A DNA stretch of 64,000 bases from Eledone cirrhosa (Eukaryota). Each line of letters starts with the position of its first letter. Position 1 is the first letter of the stretch. The translations under genes were made by a program, and so were the position numbers. Under the pieces are notes generated by a model that did not search any database, was not told the origin of the DNA, and saw nothing but the letters and a program-made list of their open reading frames with translations. Shown here in pieces: positions 27,533 to 56,700 of this stretch. The stretch spans positions 6,758,001 through 6,822,000 of the forward strand of contig OZ024765.1 in the NCBI GenBank assembly GCA_964016885.1. The letters are read 5' to 3'.

Positions 27533-27708
27533 GGGTTTGGCCCTTTTACAATATATACTACAGACTCTACACAAAACTAAACCGGCACTATATATATATT
27601 TTTTTTCTATGAATCCTTCCGATAGATACTTTTATTTAATATCAGTCAAATACAAAAAACAAAATTCTTTTTAATTCAATCAATTTTCAAATGTGTTGGT
27701 TTCAAATT

Positions 27709-41996
<14,288 letters not shown>

Positions 41997-42239
41997 TTTC
42001 CTTGTAAAAACTCTTTGTAAATTTGTGAAAATATAACAAAATCTTTGGAGATTTTTGCTTGTTTTAAAAAATTTGTATTCTTTAAATGTTGTCTATGGAT
42101 TAGACAACTTGTTTGGTTTTGTATTGTATCTTCAGGTGGGGAGGGGGAATATCTTTCTCAAATATTACTTATTGAGCAGTTTCCAGACCCTAATACTTAT
42201 CAGCCACAGGAAGAACAATAACAACTACAGACAACAACA

Positions 42240-42360
42240 ACAAGATAAGAACCTACAGGTCTTTATACAGGCACATATCATACAGCTTGTGGTCCTTGCA
42301 TATGATTGGTTGATTGGTAGGGGTGGCGGTTTGCATTCTCGCGTGCAATTGGTCGAATGG
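42240..42360 (-). promoter_or_regulatory. Putative PAH core promoter (TATA plus CCAAT boxes)
   Basis: Minus-strand TATAAA at 42262-42267 and CCAAT at 42305-42309, 42313-42317 and 42348-42352, about 270-360 bp upstream of the ATG, in unique sequence. Confidence 0.55.
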
Positions 42361-42448
42361 TGGTCTCAACCCCCTCCGTATATGAGTGGTTGATTGAGTT
42401 GAGAGATAAAATAACATTTTATAAAATATATATATATATGTGTGTGTG

Positions 42449-42483
<35 letters not shown>

Positions 42484-42503
42484 GTGTATGTGTGTGTGCG
42501 TGC

Positions 42504-42562
<59 letters not shown>

Positions 42563-43854
42563 TAGATATATATGGGTGTGTGTGTATATATATATATATA
42601 TATATGTGTGTACACACATATATATCTATACGTATATGTGTGGGTGCGTGTGTATATATATATATAGAGAGAGATTTATATGTGTGTGTGTATGTATATA
42701 TATATATATATATATATGTACACACACATATATCTATACATTTATATCTATACATCTGTATATATATACACACACATATATATATATTGGTGAGGATGAA
42801 GGTGGTGGTGTTGGTGGTGCTGATGATCTTGGGGAGGATGATGATGATGGCGGTGGTGGTGTTGGTGGTGGTGGTGGTGGTGATGATGGTGGTGGTGGTG
42901 GTTCTGGATTTATCTCTTTGACAAACAATTAAAAGCTCATCACCCCACTCCCACATACACCCCACTCCTACATACACCACCCTCCACAGCCACCTGTTGC
43001 AACAAGTTCTATTTTCTCTCCTAACCCCAGCCCCAACCCGGATCCAACCTCAACACTATCACTAACAACAATCCCAACCTTGATTCCAGCAACAACACCG
43101 ACACCAACACCACCACCAACACCAACCCCAACACCAACACCAACATCACCACCGACACCAACCCCAACACCAACATCACCACCAACACCAACCCCAACAC
43201 CAACACCACCACCAACCCCACCACCAACTCCAACCCCAACACCAACACCAACCCCAACACCAACATCACCACCAACACCAACCCCAACACCAACACCCCC
43301 ACCACCAACACCACCACCAACATCAACACCAACACCAACAACCCCACCACCAACTGTAACACCAACCCCAACCCCAACACCAACTCCAACACCAACCCCA
43401 ACACCAACACCAATGCTATCCCCTCTAAACCCCAACCCCTTCTACAACATTAGCCCCTTCAAAACCCCAACCCCAACATAACTCTAAACACAACACTAAC
43501 CTCAATTCCCTTCTCCTCTTGCCTTCTTCTCATCCTCAAACATTGTTTCACATGGAAAACTTATCTTCAGCTGTCACCAACTTTTAAGAATATATATTGT
43601 TATTTACAAGAACTATCAGCCAAAGAGAGAGAGAAAGAGAGGAATGGGGGAGAGAGAGGAACCCCCTTACCCCACCCGTCCACCCCATATGATTCCTTGT
43701 GTCATAAATGAGATAAAACTACAAAAATTTTACATATCTCTGATGCAACGCCTCATATACTGTTTTGTTAACTCATTAAGTCCCCTACCACATGATACCA
43801 TGTGAGCAAAACATTCTGGAAAATATACAAAACAAAACTATGACCGCATCACAT

Positions 43855-44880
43855 TAACACTTTAGCATTCACATTACTCTATATTTAGTATTATATTTTC
43901 ACGGTAAAGGCTTTACCTCACATAATATCTCACATAACATTTACATTACTCTATATATACTATTATATTTTCACGGTAAAGGCTTTACCTCACATAATAT
44001 CTCACATAACATTTACATTACTCTATATATACTATTGTATTTTCACGGTAAAGGCTTTACCTCACATAATATCTCACATAACATTTACATTACTCTATAT
44101 ATACTATTATATTTTCACAGTAAAGGCTTTACCTCACATAATATCTCACATAACATTTACATTACTCTATATATACTATTATATTTTCACAGTAAAGGCT
44201 TTACCTCACATAATATCTCACATAACATTTACATTACTCTATATATACTATTATATTTTCATGGTAAAGGCTTTACCTCACATAATATCTCACATAACAT
44301 TTACATTACTCTATATATACTATTATATTTTCACGGTAAAGGCTTTACCTCACATAATATCTCACATAACATTTACATTACTCTATATATACTATTGTAT
44401 TTTCACGGTAAAGGCTTTACCTCACATAATATCTCACATAACATTTACATTACTCTATATATACTATTATATTTTCACAGTAAAGGCTTTACCTCACATA
44501 ATATCTCACATAACATTTACATTACTCTATATATACTATTATATTTTCACGGTAAAGGCTTTACCTCACATAATATCTCACATAACATTTACATTACTCT
44601 ATATATACTATTATATTTTCACGGTAAAGGCTTTACCTCACATAATATCTCACATAACATTTACATTACTCTATATATACTATTATATTTTCACGGTAAA
44701 GGCTTTACCTCATATAATATCTCACATAACATTTACATTACTCTATATGTACTATTGTATTTTCACAGTAAAGGCTTTACCTCACAATATCTCACATAAC
44801 ATTTACATTACTCTATATATACTATTATATGTTCACAGTAAAGGCTTTACCTCACATAATTATCTCACATAATATCGAAT
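43855..44880 (+). repeat. 72-bp satellite (~14 copies) inside a TTAA MITE
   Basis: Unit ACATTTACATTACTCTATATATACTATTGTATTTTCACAGTAAAGGCTTTACCTCACATAATATCTCACATA; the remainder of the MITE follows at 44870-45000. Confidence 0.95.
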
Positions 44881-45369
44881 CTATGAGATTTTGATGTTAT
44901 TTATTTTGAGAACAATACCTTAACATCAGTATGAGCGGCCAGTTACAGCCAGTTTGAACAGAAAGAGGTGAGAGAATTCAGGCCAGATACAGCTAGTTTA
45001 ACTCTTTAACATTTACATTACTCTATATTTACTATTGTTTTTTCATGGTAAAGGCTTTATCTCACATAATATCGAATCTATGAGATTTTGATATTATATA
45101 TTTTGAGAACAATACCTTAACATCACTATGAGTGGCCAGTTACAACCAGTTTGAACAGAATGTGGTGAGAGAATTCTGGCCAGATACAGCCGGTTTAAAT
45201 GTTAAAGATTTTACTCTGATACTGCAAATTTTCTCAACAAGTAAAGATACTATAAACATTTGTATTAACAAACTACGTGAAACCACATAAGTAAGACATT
45301 GTTGAATAGAACAAGACAACACTATGACTGCATCACATTAAATATCAAAGCCTTTACTATGATACATTC

Positions 45370-45700
45370 AGTCCACACTGTAAATGTGGTTGTGTAGGTG
45401 TCACAACAAAAAGCACCCAGTCTACACTGTAAAGTGGTTGTGTAGGTGTCACAATAAAAAACACACAGTCCACACTGTAAAGTGGTTGAGTAGGTGTCTC
45501 AACAAAAATCACCCAGTCCACACTGTAAAGTGGTTGAGTAGGTGTCTCAACAAAAAACACACAGTCCACACTGTAAAGTGGTTGAGTAGGTGTCTCAACA
45601 AAAATCTCCCAGTCCACACTGTAAAGTGGTTGAGTAGGTGTCTCAACAAAAAGCACCCAGTCCAATCTGTAAATATGGTTGGTGTCAAAAAGGGTATCTA
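45370..45700 (+). repeat. 48-bp tandem array from a SINE/RTE-tail segment
   Basis: Unit CCCAGTCCACACTGTAAAGTGGTTG...; related arrays at 2150-2450 and 18725-18970. Confidence 0.8.
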
Positions 45701-45834
45701 GCCATAGAAACCAACCCAGAAACAGTTCTGTATGAGCAAGACACAGTCATTTGATCTGGCTTGTCTCACAACTTGACAACTCATCTAACCCATGCTAGCG
45801 TGGAAAAATGGTTGTTAAACATTGATGATGCTGA

Positions 45835-45884
<50 letters not shown>

Positions 45885-46082
45885 GTAGGTCCCGGGTTGA
45901 GTCAGGGATAACCACAGTAAGTAAGGTACTCAATACATGGCAGAGTAAAATTTTTTTATTTTATAGAAGGAGCTTCTACAGGACTAGTACTGTTTCATTC
46001 AGATGAAATCTTCAGGAAGCTTCCTGAAGATTTCATCTGAATGAAACAGTACTAGTCCTGTAGAAGCTCCTTCTATAAAATA

Positions 46083-46143
<61 letters not shown>

Positions 46144-46581
46144 GTTTGAATATGTGTAATAAGGCCAAGACAATGCAGGTATGGACATAGAAAAAATAAT
46201 GCAATAGTGAAAGATATTGATGTGAATTCGTCTTTCACCTTGAATTTATTTAAATGTCCTTAATTTTCGAGATAATATCTCTTCTTCGGAGGGAAGTAAA
46301 GTTCTCAAACCAGCGTCTCAAACCAGCGTCTTTAAATCTCTAGCCAAGGCTAGAGATTTAAAGACGCTGGTTTGAGACCTTTACTTCCCTCCGAAGAAGA
46401 GATATTATCTCGAAAAATAAGGACATTTAAATAAATTCAAGGTGAAAGACAAATTCACATCAATATCTTTCACTATTGCATTCTTTTTTCTATGTCCATA
46501 CCTGCATTGTCTTGGCCTTATTACACATATTCAAACGTTTATACCTCATTACACAATGCTTCAAGTGAACTATAACCTCCT

Positions 46582-46643
<62 letters not shown>

Positions 46644-48506
46644 TTCGTTTGTGAATTTGTTTAGCAAGATTTCTTATCTGAAAACAGGTGTTAAAACAGA
46701 TATTGTTACAATTTGGGAGGGTCATGCTGCCAATAAAAACTGTTGGTTTTCTCTTCATTTTATTACAAATTTTCGGTTGGTTGGTTCATTAACTGGATGG
46801 TTGTTTATATATTGTCACATCTTTTTCGTCACACATTCTGTGGCCTCCTCAGTGACTGATTTCTTATTTTGTTTCTCTTCTTTGTTCTGTCGTAAACAAT
46901 CTTGATTTTTGGTGTTGTCAAGCATCTTGTCTAAAGTCTGAAGTCTATCTCAAGCCTGGAGGTTCATTAAGCCAGTACTTATCCCGGTTTCATGGCGTGA
47001 AGTGACTGAGAGTACAAGACTTCCCCCTGGACAAGATGCATCTTGTCTAAAGTCTGAAGTCTGTCTCAAGCCTGGAGGTTCATTAAGCCAGTACTTATCC
47101 CGGTTTCATGGCGTGAAGTGACTGAGAGTACAAGACTTCCCCCTGGACAGGATGCCAGTCCATCGCAGGGTTAAAACCCCAGATATTCTTGGTACTCATT
47201 TACAGCTGAGTACACTGGAGTAACGGGAAATGAAGTGTTTTGCTCAAGAACACAACACACAACCCAGTTCAGGAATCAAACCCATGACATTATGATCGTA
47301 AAGCCAACCAAGATACTCTCATGGAATGAGCAAATGAGGTTTATTTTTCAATATAGTCTCCGGAAAAAAACAATGCAGTTATTAATAAGAAGAGTTGAAA
47401 TTAATGAATGCAGGATTTTACAGCTCTAGCATCACTCCTTCATAGTTCGACCAAGATACCCTCATGGAATGACCAAATGAGGTTTATTTTTCAACATTAA
47501 TCCCCGGAAAGAAACAAATGCAGTTATTGATAAGAAGAGTTGAAATTAATGTATGCAAGATTTCACAGCTCTAGCATCACTCCTTCATAGTCAGCCGATG
47601 AACCTTTCAGAGGAACCTCCTATAATCTTTCTTAAGCCACGCCCACCTTTTATTATTTATGTTTAATGGTGAGAAGGAGTAGTAGTAGGGGAGATGTGGG
47701 TGTGCCATGTTTATTAACCAATGAAATGTCTTTCTGATGCTTACCGCCTCCTCTGTTGTTTTGTTGTAGTAGTAGTAGTGGTGGTGGTGGTAGTAGTAGT
47801 AGTTTTTGTTGTTGTTTTGTTTAAAAAAATGGAACTTCAGAGGAGATGGTCATGTGAAGGTTGTCTTGTTTTGGAACAAATGGCAATGAGAATCTCTTGA
47901 AATATCAGGTCAAGAATAACTTGTTTTGAATTGTATGTGTCTGTCTGACTCTGTGTGTGTCTGTCTGTATGTGTGTGTGTATGTGTTTTGTGTGTGTGTG
48001 TTTTGTGTGTATGTTTTATAGTGTGTGTTTATGTGTGTGTCTTATGTGTGTGTGTTTTGTATGTATGTGTGTGTTTATATGTGTGTTTTGTTTGTGCATG
48101 TGTTTTTTGTTTGTGTGTGTTTATGTGTGTGTGTTTTTATGTGTGTGTGTTTTGTTTGTGTGTGTTTATGTGTGTGTTTTGTATGTATGTGTGTGTTTAT
48201 ATGTGTGTTTTGTATGTGTGTGTGTTTATGTGTGTGCGTGTTTTGTTTATGTGTGTTTTGTTTGTGTGTGTGTGTGTGTTTTGTATGTGAGTGTGTTTTG
48301 TTTATGTGTGTGTTTTGTATGTGTGTGTGTGTTGTTTATGTGTGTGCGTGTGTTTTTTGTTTGTGTGTTTTGTTTGTGTTTAAGACTACTACTACTACTT
48401 CACACACACATACATACACATACACACACATACACACACATACACACACATACACATATATATTCATGGCAGGGAAAACAAATGTTAAATGATGATAGTG
48501 TTGCTG

Positions 48507-48584
<78 letters not shown>

Positions 48585-48789
48585 TATATATATAATCATC
48601 ATCATCATCTATTTTCAATGCTTGTGTGGGCTAGACAAGCTGTCACGTAGGCATTGATGGGAGTGAGGATGTGTGTGTGTGTGTATGTGTATGTGTGTAT
48701 GTGTGTGTGTTTATGTTAACTCTTTATATGTGTTTCATAACTTAATGTTTAGACAAATGATGACCAATAAAATATAACAGTGAGGTTGA

Positions 48790-49600
48790 TATGCCCCAGC
48801 ATGGCCACAGTCTAATGACTGAAACCAGTAAAAGAATACAAGAGTGTGGTGCCCCAGCATGGCCACAGTCTAATGACTGAAACCAGTAAAAGAATATATA
48901 TATATATATATATATGTAGTGCCCCATCATGGCCACAGTCTAATGACTGAAACCAGTAAAAGAATACAAGGCTAAATCCCTTCAAGACAGTGCCCCAACA
49001 TGGCCACAGTCTAATGACTGAAACCAGTAAAAGAATGCAAGGCTAAATCCCTTCAAGGCAGTGCCCCAGCATGACCACAGTCTAATGACTGAAACTAGTA
49101 AAAGAATACAAGGCTAAATCCCTTCAAGGCAGTGCCCCAGCATGGCCACAGTCTAATGATTGAAACTAGTAAAAGAATACAAGACGAAATCCCTTCAAGA
49201 CAGTGCCCCAACATGGCCACAGTCTAATGACTGAAACTAGTAAAAGAATACAAGGCTAAATCCCTTCAAGGCAGTGCCCCAGCATGGCCACAGTCTAATG
49301 ACTGAAACTAGTAAAAGAATACAAGGCTAAATCCCTTCAAGGCAGTGCCCCAGCATGGCCACAGTCTAATGACTGAAACTAGTAAAAGAATACAAGGCTA
49401 AATCCCTTCAAGGCAGTGCCCCAGCATGGCCACAGTCTAATGATTGAAACTAGTAAAAGAATACAAGACGAAATCCCTTCAAGACAGTGCCCCAACATGG
49501 CCACAGTCTAATGACTGAAACTAGTAAAAGAATACAAGACTAAATCGCTTCAAGGCAGTGCCCCAGCATGGTCACAGTTGAATGACTGAATCCAGTAATA
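48790..49600 (+). repeat. 71-bp tandem array of a SINE 3' tail
   Basis: Unit GTGCCCCAGCATGGCCACAGTCTAATGACTGAAACTAGTAAAAGAATACAAGGCTAAATCCCTTCAAGGCA; single-copy relative at 7730-7780. Confidence 0.9.
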
Positions 49601-50684
49601 GAATAGAAGAATAGGATAATGTTATTTTATAGAATAGTCATTTTATATCTATTTGCAATATCTTCTTACTCATGTATTGTGATTTATTCTTATCTCAGAC
49701 TTGTTTCTACGCCACCAGCTGCTTTTGAAAAAAACTCACTAAAACTTTTTCCAAATTTTTAAAAGTTTCAATTACCAACATATTTTTCAAAACATCTCAA
49801 AAATATTTTTCCATAAAATTCACCAAAAATTTTTCTAAAAATTTTCTAAATTCTTCATCAAAATGTTCTTGAAAATTTTTCAGAAGATGTTTCAAACTTT
49901 TTCTCAAAAGTTTCATCAGAGATTTAAACATTTTTTCAAATATTTCCCTATTTTGTAAAATTTTTGGGGAAACGTTTCGAATTTAAGAAAAAAAATTGAA
50001 GAAAATTTTTATGAAGGTTATTGAAAAATTCTGATAAAAGAAATTTGTGGGGGGAAATTTTTCATAAATTTTTTAATAACATTCTTCCAAACCTATAAAA
50101 AGTTTCTTATACCATTCCAATAGAAAGTAGACGATTTCGAGAAGAAAAAGTTGCACAGTTCCATTCCAAGGGCCTCTAAGGAATTGTACTCTTTTCCATT
50201 AATAACATGTTGTAAACTATGGAATAAATGATAATCTAGGAGCAAAGTCAGATCAAGAGAATACAGAGGATGTGGAAGCCTTTCCCAGGCAAGTTCCTCA
50301 ATCTTTTAACATGTAACACTATGGAGTCAGGCGGTGTCCTGATGGGAAATGATGATACACCTTCAATTGTCTAGAGAGTACATTTTTTTATTTCAATTCT
50401 TTTATTCAATTGATTGAGTTGTTCATAAGAAACTTGAGCTATGATTGTCCTTCAGGGATTAAGAATCTTAATGAAGACTAGGAATCTTCATTAAGACATC
50501 TCTCTAGGAGAAGGTCACTCTGATATAAAACCTGTGACTTCATTTGCATCCAATGATATTAACCAGTTCTTCTTTTTGGGTAAATTCATTCAATGTTCAG
50601 AGAGTGAGATTGACCCCCATTCAAAGTCTTTCCTCACTTAAAAAAGCTTCAAGCACAGGCATCATTTGATATATGACATTTTTT

Positions 50685-51050
50685 TGTGATGCATGGTATT
50701 GCTGGCTATAGGTAAGTCCCTAGCAGGACTAAAAGGCCACGTCTGTGATTGATGCATGGTATTGCTGGCCATAGGCAAGACCCTAGCAGGACTAAAAGGC
50801 CACGTCTGTGATTGATGCATGGTATTGCTGGCCATAGGCAAGACCCTAGCAGGACTAAAAGGCCATATCTGTGATTGATGCATGGTATTGCTGGCCATAG
50901 GCAAGACCCTAGCAGGACTAAAAGGCCATGTCTGTGATTGATGCATGGTATTGCTGGCCATAGGTAAGACCCTAGCAGGACTAAAAGGCCACGTCCATGA
51001 TGGTCATGCTTAAGTATCAAACAATGGCATTACTTGAAATCGAGTTGCAG
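50685..51050 (+). repeat. 63-bp tandem array (~5 copies) at an RTE-like 3' end
   Basis: Unit GATGCATGGTATTGCTGGCCATAGGCAAGACCCTAGCAGGACTAAAAGGCCACGTCTGTGATT; the downstream tail matches 17600-17675 (minus). Confidence 0.85.
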
Positions 51051-51224
51051 CCATCACATATATATATATCTGATGTGTATGTGTTTGTATGTGTGTGTGT
51101 GTGTGTGTGTGTATTTTGTGGGAATTGCTCTGTAGTAAAAACACAACATAAGTTATAGAAAATGTTATAACTTACCATGACGTTGGAATATTTACCCCAG
51201 ACATCCATATTGCTCTGTTGGTGA

Positions 51225-52545
51225 AACAACAGCAGCAACAGCAGCAACAAAGGCACCAAATTCAATAGCAACACCAAAGTTTGACAGCAACAACAGCACC
51301 AAACTAAATTATGGCCAACAACAGCAACAAGAACAACAGCAACACCAAATTTCGACAGCAACAACAACAGCAACAGCAGCACCAAACTCAATTTTGGTTA
51401 ACAGCAACAACAGCAACAACAGCAGCACCAAGCTCAATTTTGGTTAACAGCAACAACAGCAACAGCAGCACCAAGCTCAATTTTGGTTAACAGCAACAAC
51501 AGCAACAGCAGCACCAAGCTCAATTTTGGTTAACAGCAACAACAACAACAACAGCAACAGCAACAGCAACACCAAGCTCAATTTTGGTTAACAGCAACAG
51601 CAACAACAACAACAACAGCAGCACCAAGCTCAATTTTGGTTAACAGCAACAACAACAACAACAGCAGCACCAAGCTCAATTTTGGTTAACAACAACAACA
51701 ACAGCAACAGCAGCACCAAGCTCAATTTTGGTTAACAGCAACAACAACAACAACAGCAACAGCAGCACCAAGCTCAATTTTGGTTAACAGCAACAACAAC
51801 AACAACAGCAACAGCAGCACCAAGCTCAATTTTGGTTAACAGCAACAACAACAACAACAGCAACAGCAGCACCAAGCTCAATTTTGGTTAACAGCAACAA
51901 CAACAACAACAGAAACAGCAGCACCAAGCTCAATTTTGGTTAACAGCAACAACAACAACAACAGCAACAGCAGCACCAAGCTCAATTTTGGTTAGCAGCA
52001 ACAACAACAACAACAGCAACAACAGCACCAAGCTCAATTTTGGTTAACAGCAACAACAACAACAACAACAACAGCAGCAGCAAGCTCAATTTTGGTTAAC
52101 AGCAACAACAACAACAACCGGCAACAGCAGCAGCAAGCTCAATTTTGGTTAACAGCAACAACAACAACCGGCAACAGCAGCACCAAGCTCAATTTTGGTT
52201 AACAGCAACAACAACAACAGCAACACCAAGCTCAATTTTGGTTAACAGCAACAACAACAACAACAGCAACAGCAGCACCAAGCTCAATTTTGGTTAACAG
52301 CAACAACAACAACAGCAACAGCAGCAGCAAGCTCAATTTTGGTTAACAGCAACAACAACAACAACAGCAACAGCAGCACCAAGCTCAATTTTGGTTAACA
52401 GCAACAACAACAACAGCAACAGCAGCACCAAGCTCAATTTTGGTTAACAGCAACAACAACAACAGCAACAGCAGCACCAAGCTCAATTTTGGTTAACAGC
52501 AACAACAACAACAGCACCAAACTAAATTATGGCCAACAACGGCAA
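51225..52545. repeat. Minisatellite: constant CACCAAGCTCAATTTTGGTTAA plus variable (CAA/CAG)n
   Basis: About 24 units of 43-55 bp. Confidence 0.95.
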
Positions 52546-53717
52546 CAGAAGGACAATAATTTTGTGAGTGTAACCTCTGGTATCTCGCTGGAGATTTAAG
52601 TTCCGTCTCAAGTCGACGGCTTAATTAAAAATAATGTCACCACGAAGAACACCACCGGCAATAATATTTCGTAAACACAGTTGACCGCCAATCATGGGCT
52701 TCGACATGTAACTTAAACTCCCCCACCACCCCTCCACTTCACTCTTCACTCCACCCCAACCATGTTCTACACTGTATTCTACACTACCCTAACCTACTCA
52801 GAAAAGCCCATTTAATAACCGTCATTATTATTATTATATGTGGCAGTTATTATTGTTGTTATTGCTGTTGTTGTTGTTGTTGTTGTCGTTGTTGTTGTCG
52901 TTGTGGTTGTTGTTGTCGTTGTGGTTGTTGTTGGTGTTGTTGTTATTATTGTCATAATCATCATCACCATCATCGTCATCACCATCATCATCGTTATTGT
53001 TATTACATAACGATCAAGTAATTTATTTATTTATTGCAGATGTGACGGCGGGGATGATGATGATGGCCCGGAGGGGGGAGGGGAGGGGGGAATAATGGGG
53101 TGGCGGGGGTGGAGCGGGTGTCAGCAAGGAAGATAGTAACAACTATAATATGTAACAACTACAACAACAAAAACAAACACAGCAACACAAAAAAAGAAAT
53201 GGAAAGGAAAGAAGGTGAGAGAGAGAGAGAGAGAGAGAGAGAAGAAGAAGAAGAAGAAGAAGGCAAAGAAGAAGAAGAAGAAGAAGAAGGAGAGGACAGA
53301 AAGAAGAAGAAGAAGAAGAAGAAGAAGAAGAAGAAGAAGGAGAGGACAGAAAGAAGAAGAAGACGAAGAAGAAGGAGAACGTCCAGGATTATACATTTGC
53401 CCTACTTTTGCGAAACTGAAGGTGGTGGATAGTGTGACATTAAAAAAAATGGTAGAATCCTGGAGGTGTGAGGGATGGAGAGAGATAAAGTGAAATGGTA
53501 GAGTCCTACAGATGTGGAGGAGAAGTTTAAAACAGGTGGATAAGTAATATTTACAACCCTTGAGATTCTTTTTACCAATCCACTTCAAACCAAATTATGA
53601 CGCCTCTTCAACCCTGTCAATCTCCACCTACTGGTTTGTCAATTATAATCTTTAGAACTATCAGCATACCCCCTCCCCCTCTCTGCTGTTTATTTTATTC
53701 ACCTTGAAACATAACCT

Positions 53718-56700
53718 TAACCCTTTACCATTTACATTATTCTATAAATTTCGATCGTAAAGGCTTTACCTCACATAATATCTCATATAACATTTATATT
53801 ACTCTATATTTACTATTGTATTTTCACAGTAAAGGCTTTACCTCACATAATATTTCACATAACATTTACATTACTCTATATATATACTATTGTATTTTCA
53901 CAGTAAAGGCTTTACCTCACATAACATTTATATTACTCTATATTTACTATTGTATTTTCACAGTAAAGGCTTTACCTCACATAATATCTCACATAACATT
54001 TACATTACTCTATATATACTATTGTATTTTCACAGTAAAGGCTTTACCTCACATAATATCTCACATAACATTCACATTACTCTATATATACTATTGTATT
54101 TCCACGGTAAAGGCTTTACCTCACATAATATCTCACATAACATTTACATTACTCTATATATACTATTAAATTTCCATGGTAAGGGCTTTACCTCACATAA
54201 TATCTCATATAACATTTACATTACTCTATATATACTATTATATTTTCACAGTAAAGGCTTTACCTCACATAATATCTCATATAACATTTACATTACTCTA
54301 TATATACTATTGTATTTTCACAGTAAAGGCTTTACCTCACATAATATCTCACATAACATTTACATTACTCTATATATACTATTGTATTTTCACAGTAAAG
54401 GCTTTACCTCACATAATACATCACATAACATTTACATTACTCTATATATACTATTGTATTTTCACAGTAAAGGCTTTACCTCACATAATATCTCATATAA
54501 CATTTACATTACTCTATATATACTATTGTATTTCCACGGTAAAGGCTTTACCTCACATAATATCTCACATAACATTTACATTACTCTATATATACTATTG
54601 TATTTCCACGATAAAGGCTTTACCTCACATAATATCTCATATAACATTTACATTACTCTATATATACTATTGAATTTCCATGGTAAGGGCTTTACCTCAC
54701 ATAATATCTCACATAACATTTACATTACTCTATATAAACTATTGTATTGTCACAGTAAAGGCTTTACCTCACATAATATCTCACATAACATTTACATTAC
54801 TCTATATATACTATTGTATTTTCACAGTAAAGGCTTTACCTCACATATTATCTCACATAACATTCACATTACTCTATATATACTATTGTATTTTCACAGT
54901 AAAGGCTTTACCTCACATAATATCTCACATAACATTCACATTACTCTATATATACTATTGTATTTTCACAGTAAAGGCTTTACCACACATAATATCTCAC
55001 ATAACATTTACATTACTCTATATGTACTATTGTATTTTCACAGTAAAGGCTTTACCTCACATAGTATCTCACATAACATTTACATTACTCTATATATACT
55101 ATTGTATTTTCACAGTAAAGGCTTTACCTCACATAATATCTCACATAACATTCACATTACTCTATATATACTATTGTATTTTCACAGTAAAGGCTTTACC
55201 TCACATAATATCTCACATAACATTTACATTACTCTATATATACTATTATATTTTAACAGAGAAGGCTTTACCTCACATAATATCTCACATAACATTTACA
55301 TTACTCTATATATACTATTGTATTTTCACAGTAAAGGCTTTACCTCACATAATATCTCACATAACATTTACATTACTCTATATATACTATTGTATTTTCA
55401 CAGTAAAGGCTTTACCTCACATAATATCTCACATAACATTTACATTACTCTATATATACTATTGTATTTTCACAGTAAAGGCTTTACCTCACATAATATC
55501 TCACATAACATTCACATTACTCTATATATACTATTGTATTTTCACAGTAAAGGCTTTACCTCACATAATATCTCACATAACATTTACATTACTCTATATA
55601 TACTATTGTATTTTCACAGTAAATGCTTTACCTCACATAATATCTCACATAACATTTACATTACTCTATATATACTATTGTATTTCCACGATAAAGGCTT
55701 TACCTCACATAATATCTCACATAACATTTACATTACTCTATATATACTATTGTATTGTCACAGTAAAGGCTTTACCTCACATAATATCTCACATAACATT
55801 TACATTACTCTATATATACTATTGTATTGTCACAGTAAAGGCTTTACCTCACATAATAGCTCACATAACATTTACATTACTCTATATATACTATTGAATT
55901 TCCATGGTAAGGGCTTTACCTCACATAATATCTCATATAACATTTACATTACTCTATATATACTATTGAATTTCCATGGTAAGGGCTTTACCTCACATAA
56001 TATCTCACATAACATTCACATTACTCTATATATACTATTGTATTTTCACAGTAAAGGCTTTACCTCACATAATATCTCACATAACATTTACATTACTCTA
56101 TATATACTATTGTATTGTCACAGTAAAGGCTTTACCTCACATAATATCTCACATAACATTTACATTACTCTATATATACTATTGTATTTTCACAGTAAAG
56201 GCTTTACCTCACATAATATCTCACATAACATTTACATTACTCTATATATACTATTGTATTTTCACAGTAAAGGCTTTACCTCACATAATATCTCACACAT
56301 TTACATTACTCTATATATACTATTGTATTTTCACAGTAAAGGCTTTACCTCACATAATATCTCACATAACATTTACATTACTCTATATATACTATTGTAT
56401 TTTCACAGTAAAGGCTTTACCTCACATAATATCTCACACATTTACATTACTCTATATATACTATTGTATTTTCACAGTAAAGGCTTTACCTCACATAATA
56501 TCTCACATAACATTTACATTACTCTATATATACTATTGTATTTTCACAGTAAAGGCTTTACCTCACATAATATCTCACATAACATTTACATTACTCTATA
56601 TATACTATTGTATTTCCACGGTAAAGGCTTTACCTCACATAATATCTCACATAACATTTACATTACTCTATATATACTATTGTATTTTCACAGTAAAGGC

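Noticed and set aside
43080-43481. Pro-Thr repeat ORF
   Set aside because: (CCAACA/CCAACC)n low-complexity tract without gene context.
43741-47857. AARE-like TGATGCAA (43741) and M-box TCATGTGA (47850) upstream of PAH
   Set aside because: Single 8-mers are expected by chance in 64 kb; no supporting evidence.
51380-52520. CRISPR-like or poly-Q-like constant repeat plus spacer
   Set aside because: Spacers are only (CAA/CAG)n, the unit shifts frame and contains TAA, the context is eukaryotic, and no cas genes are present.
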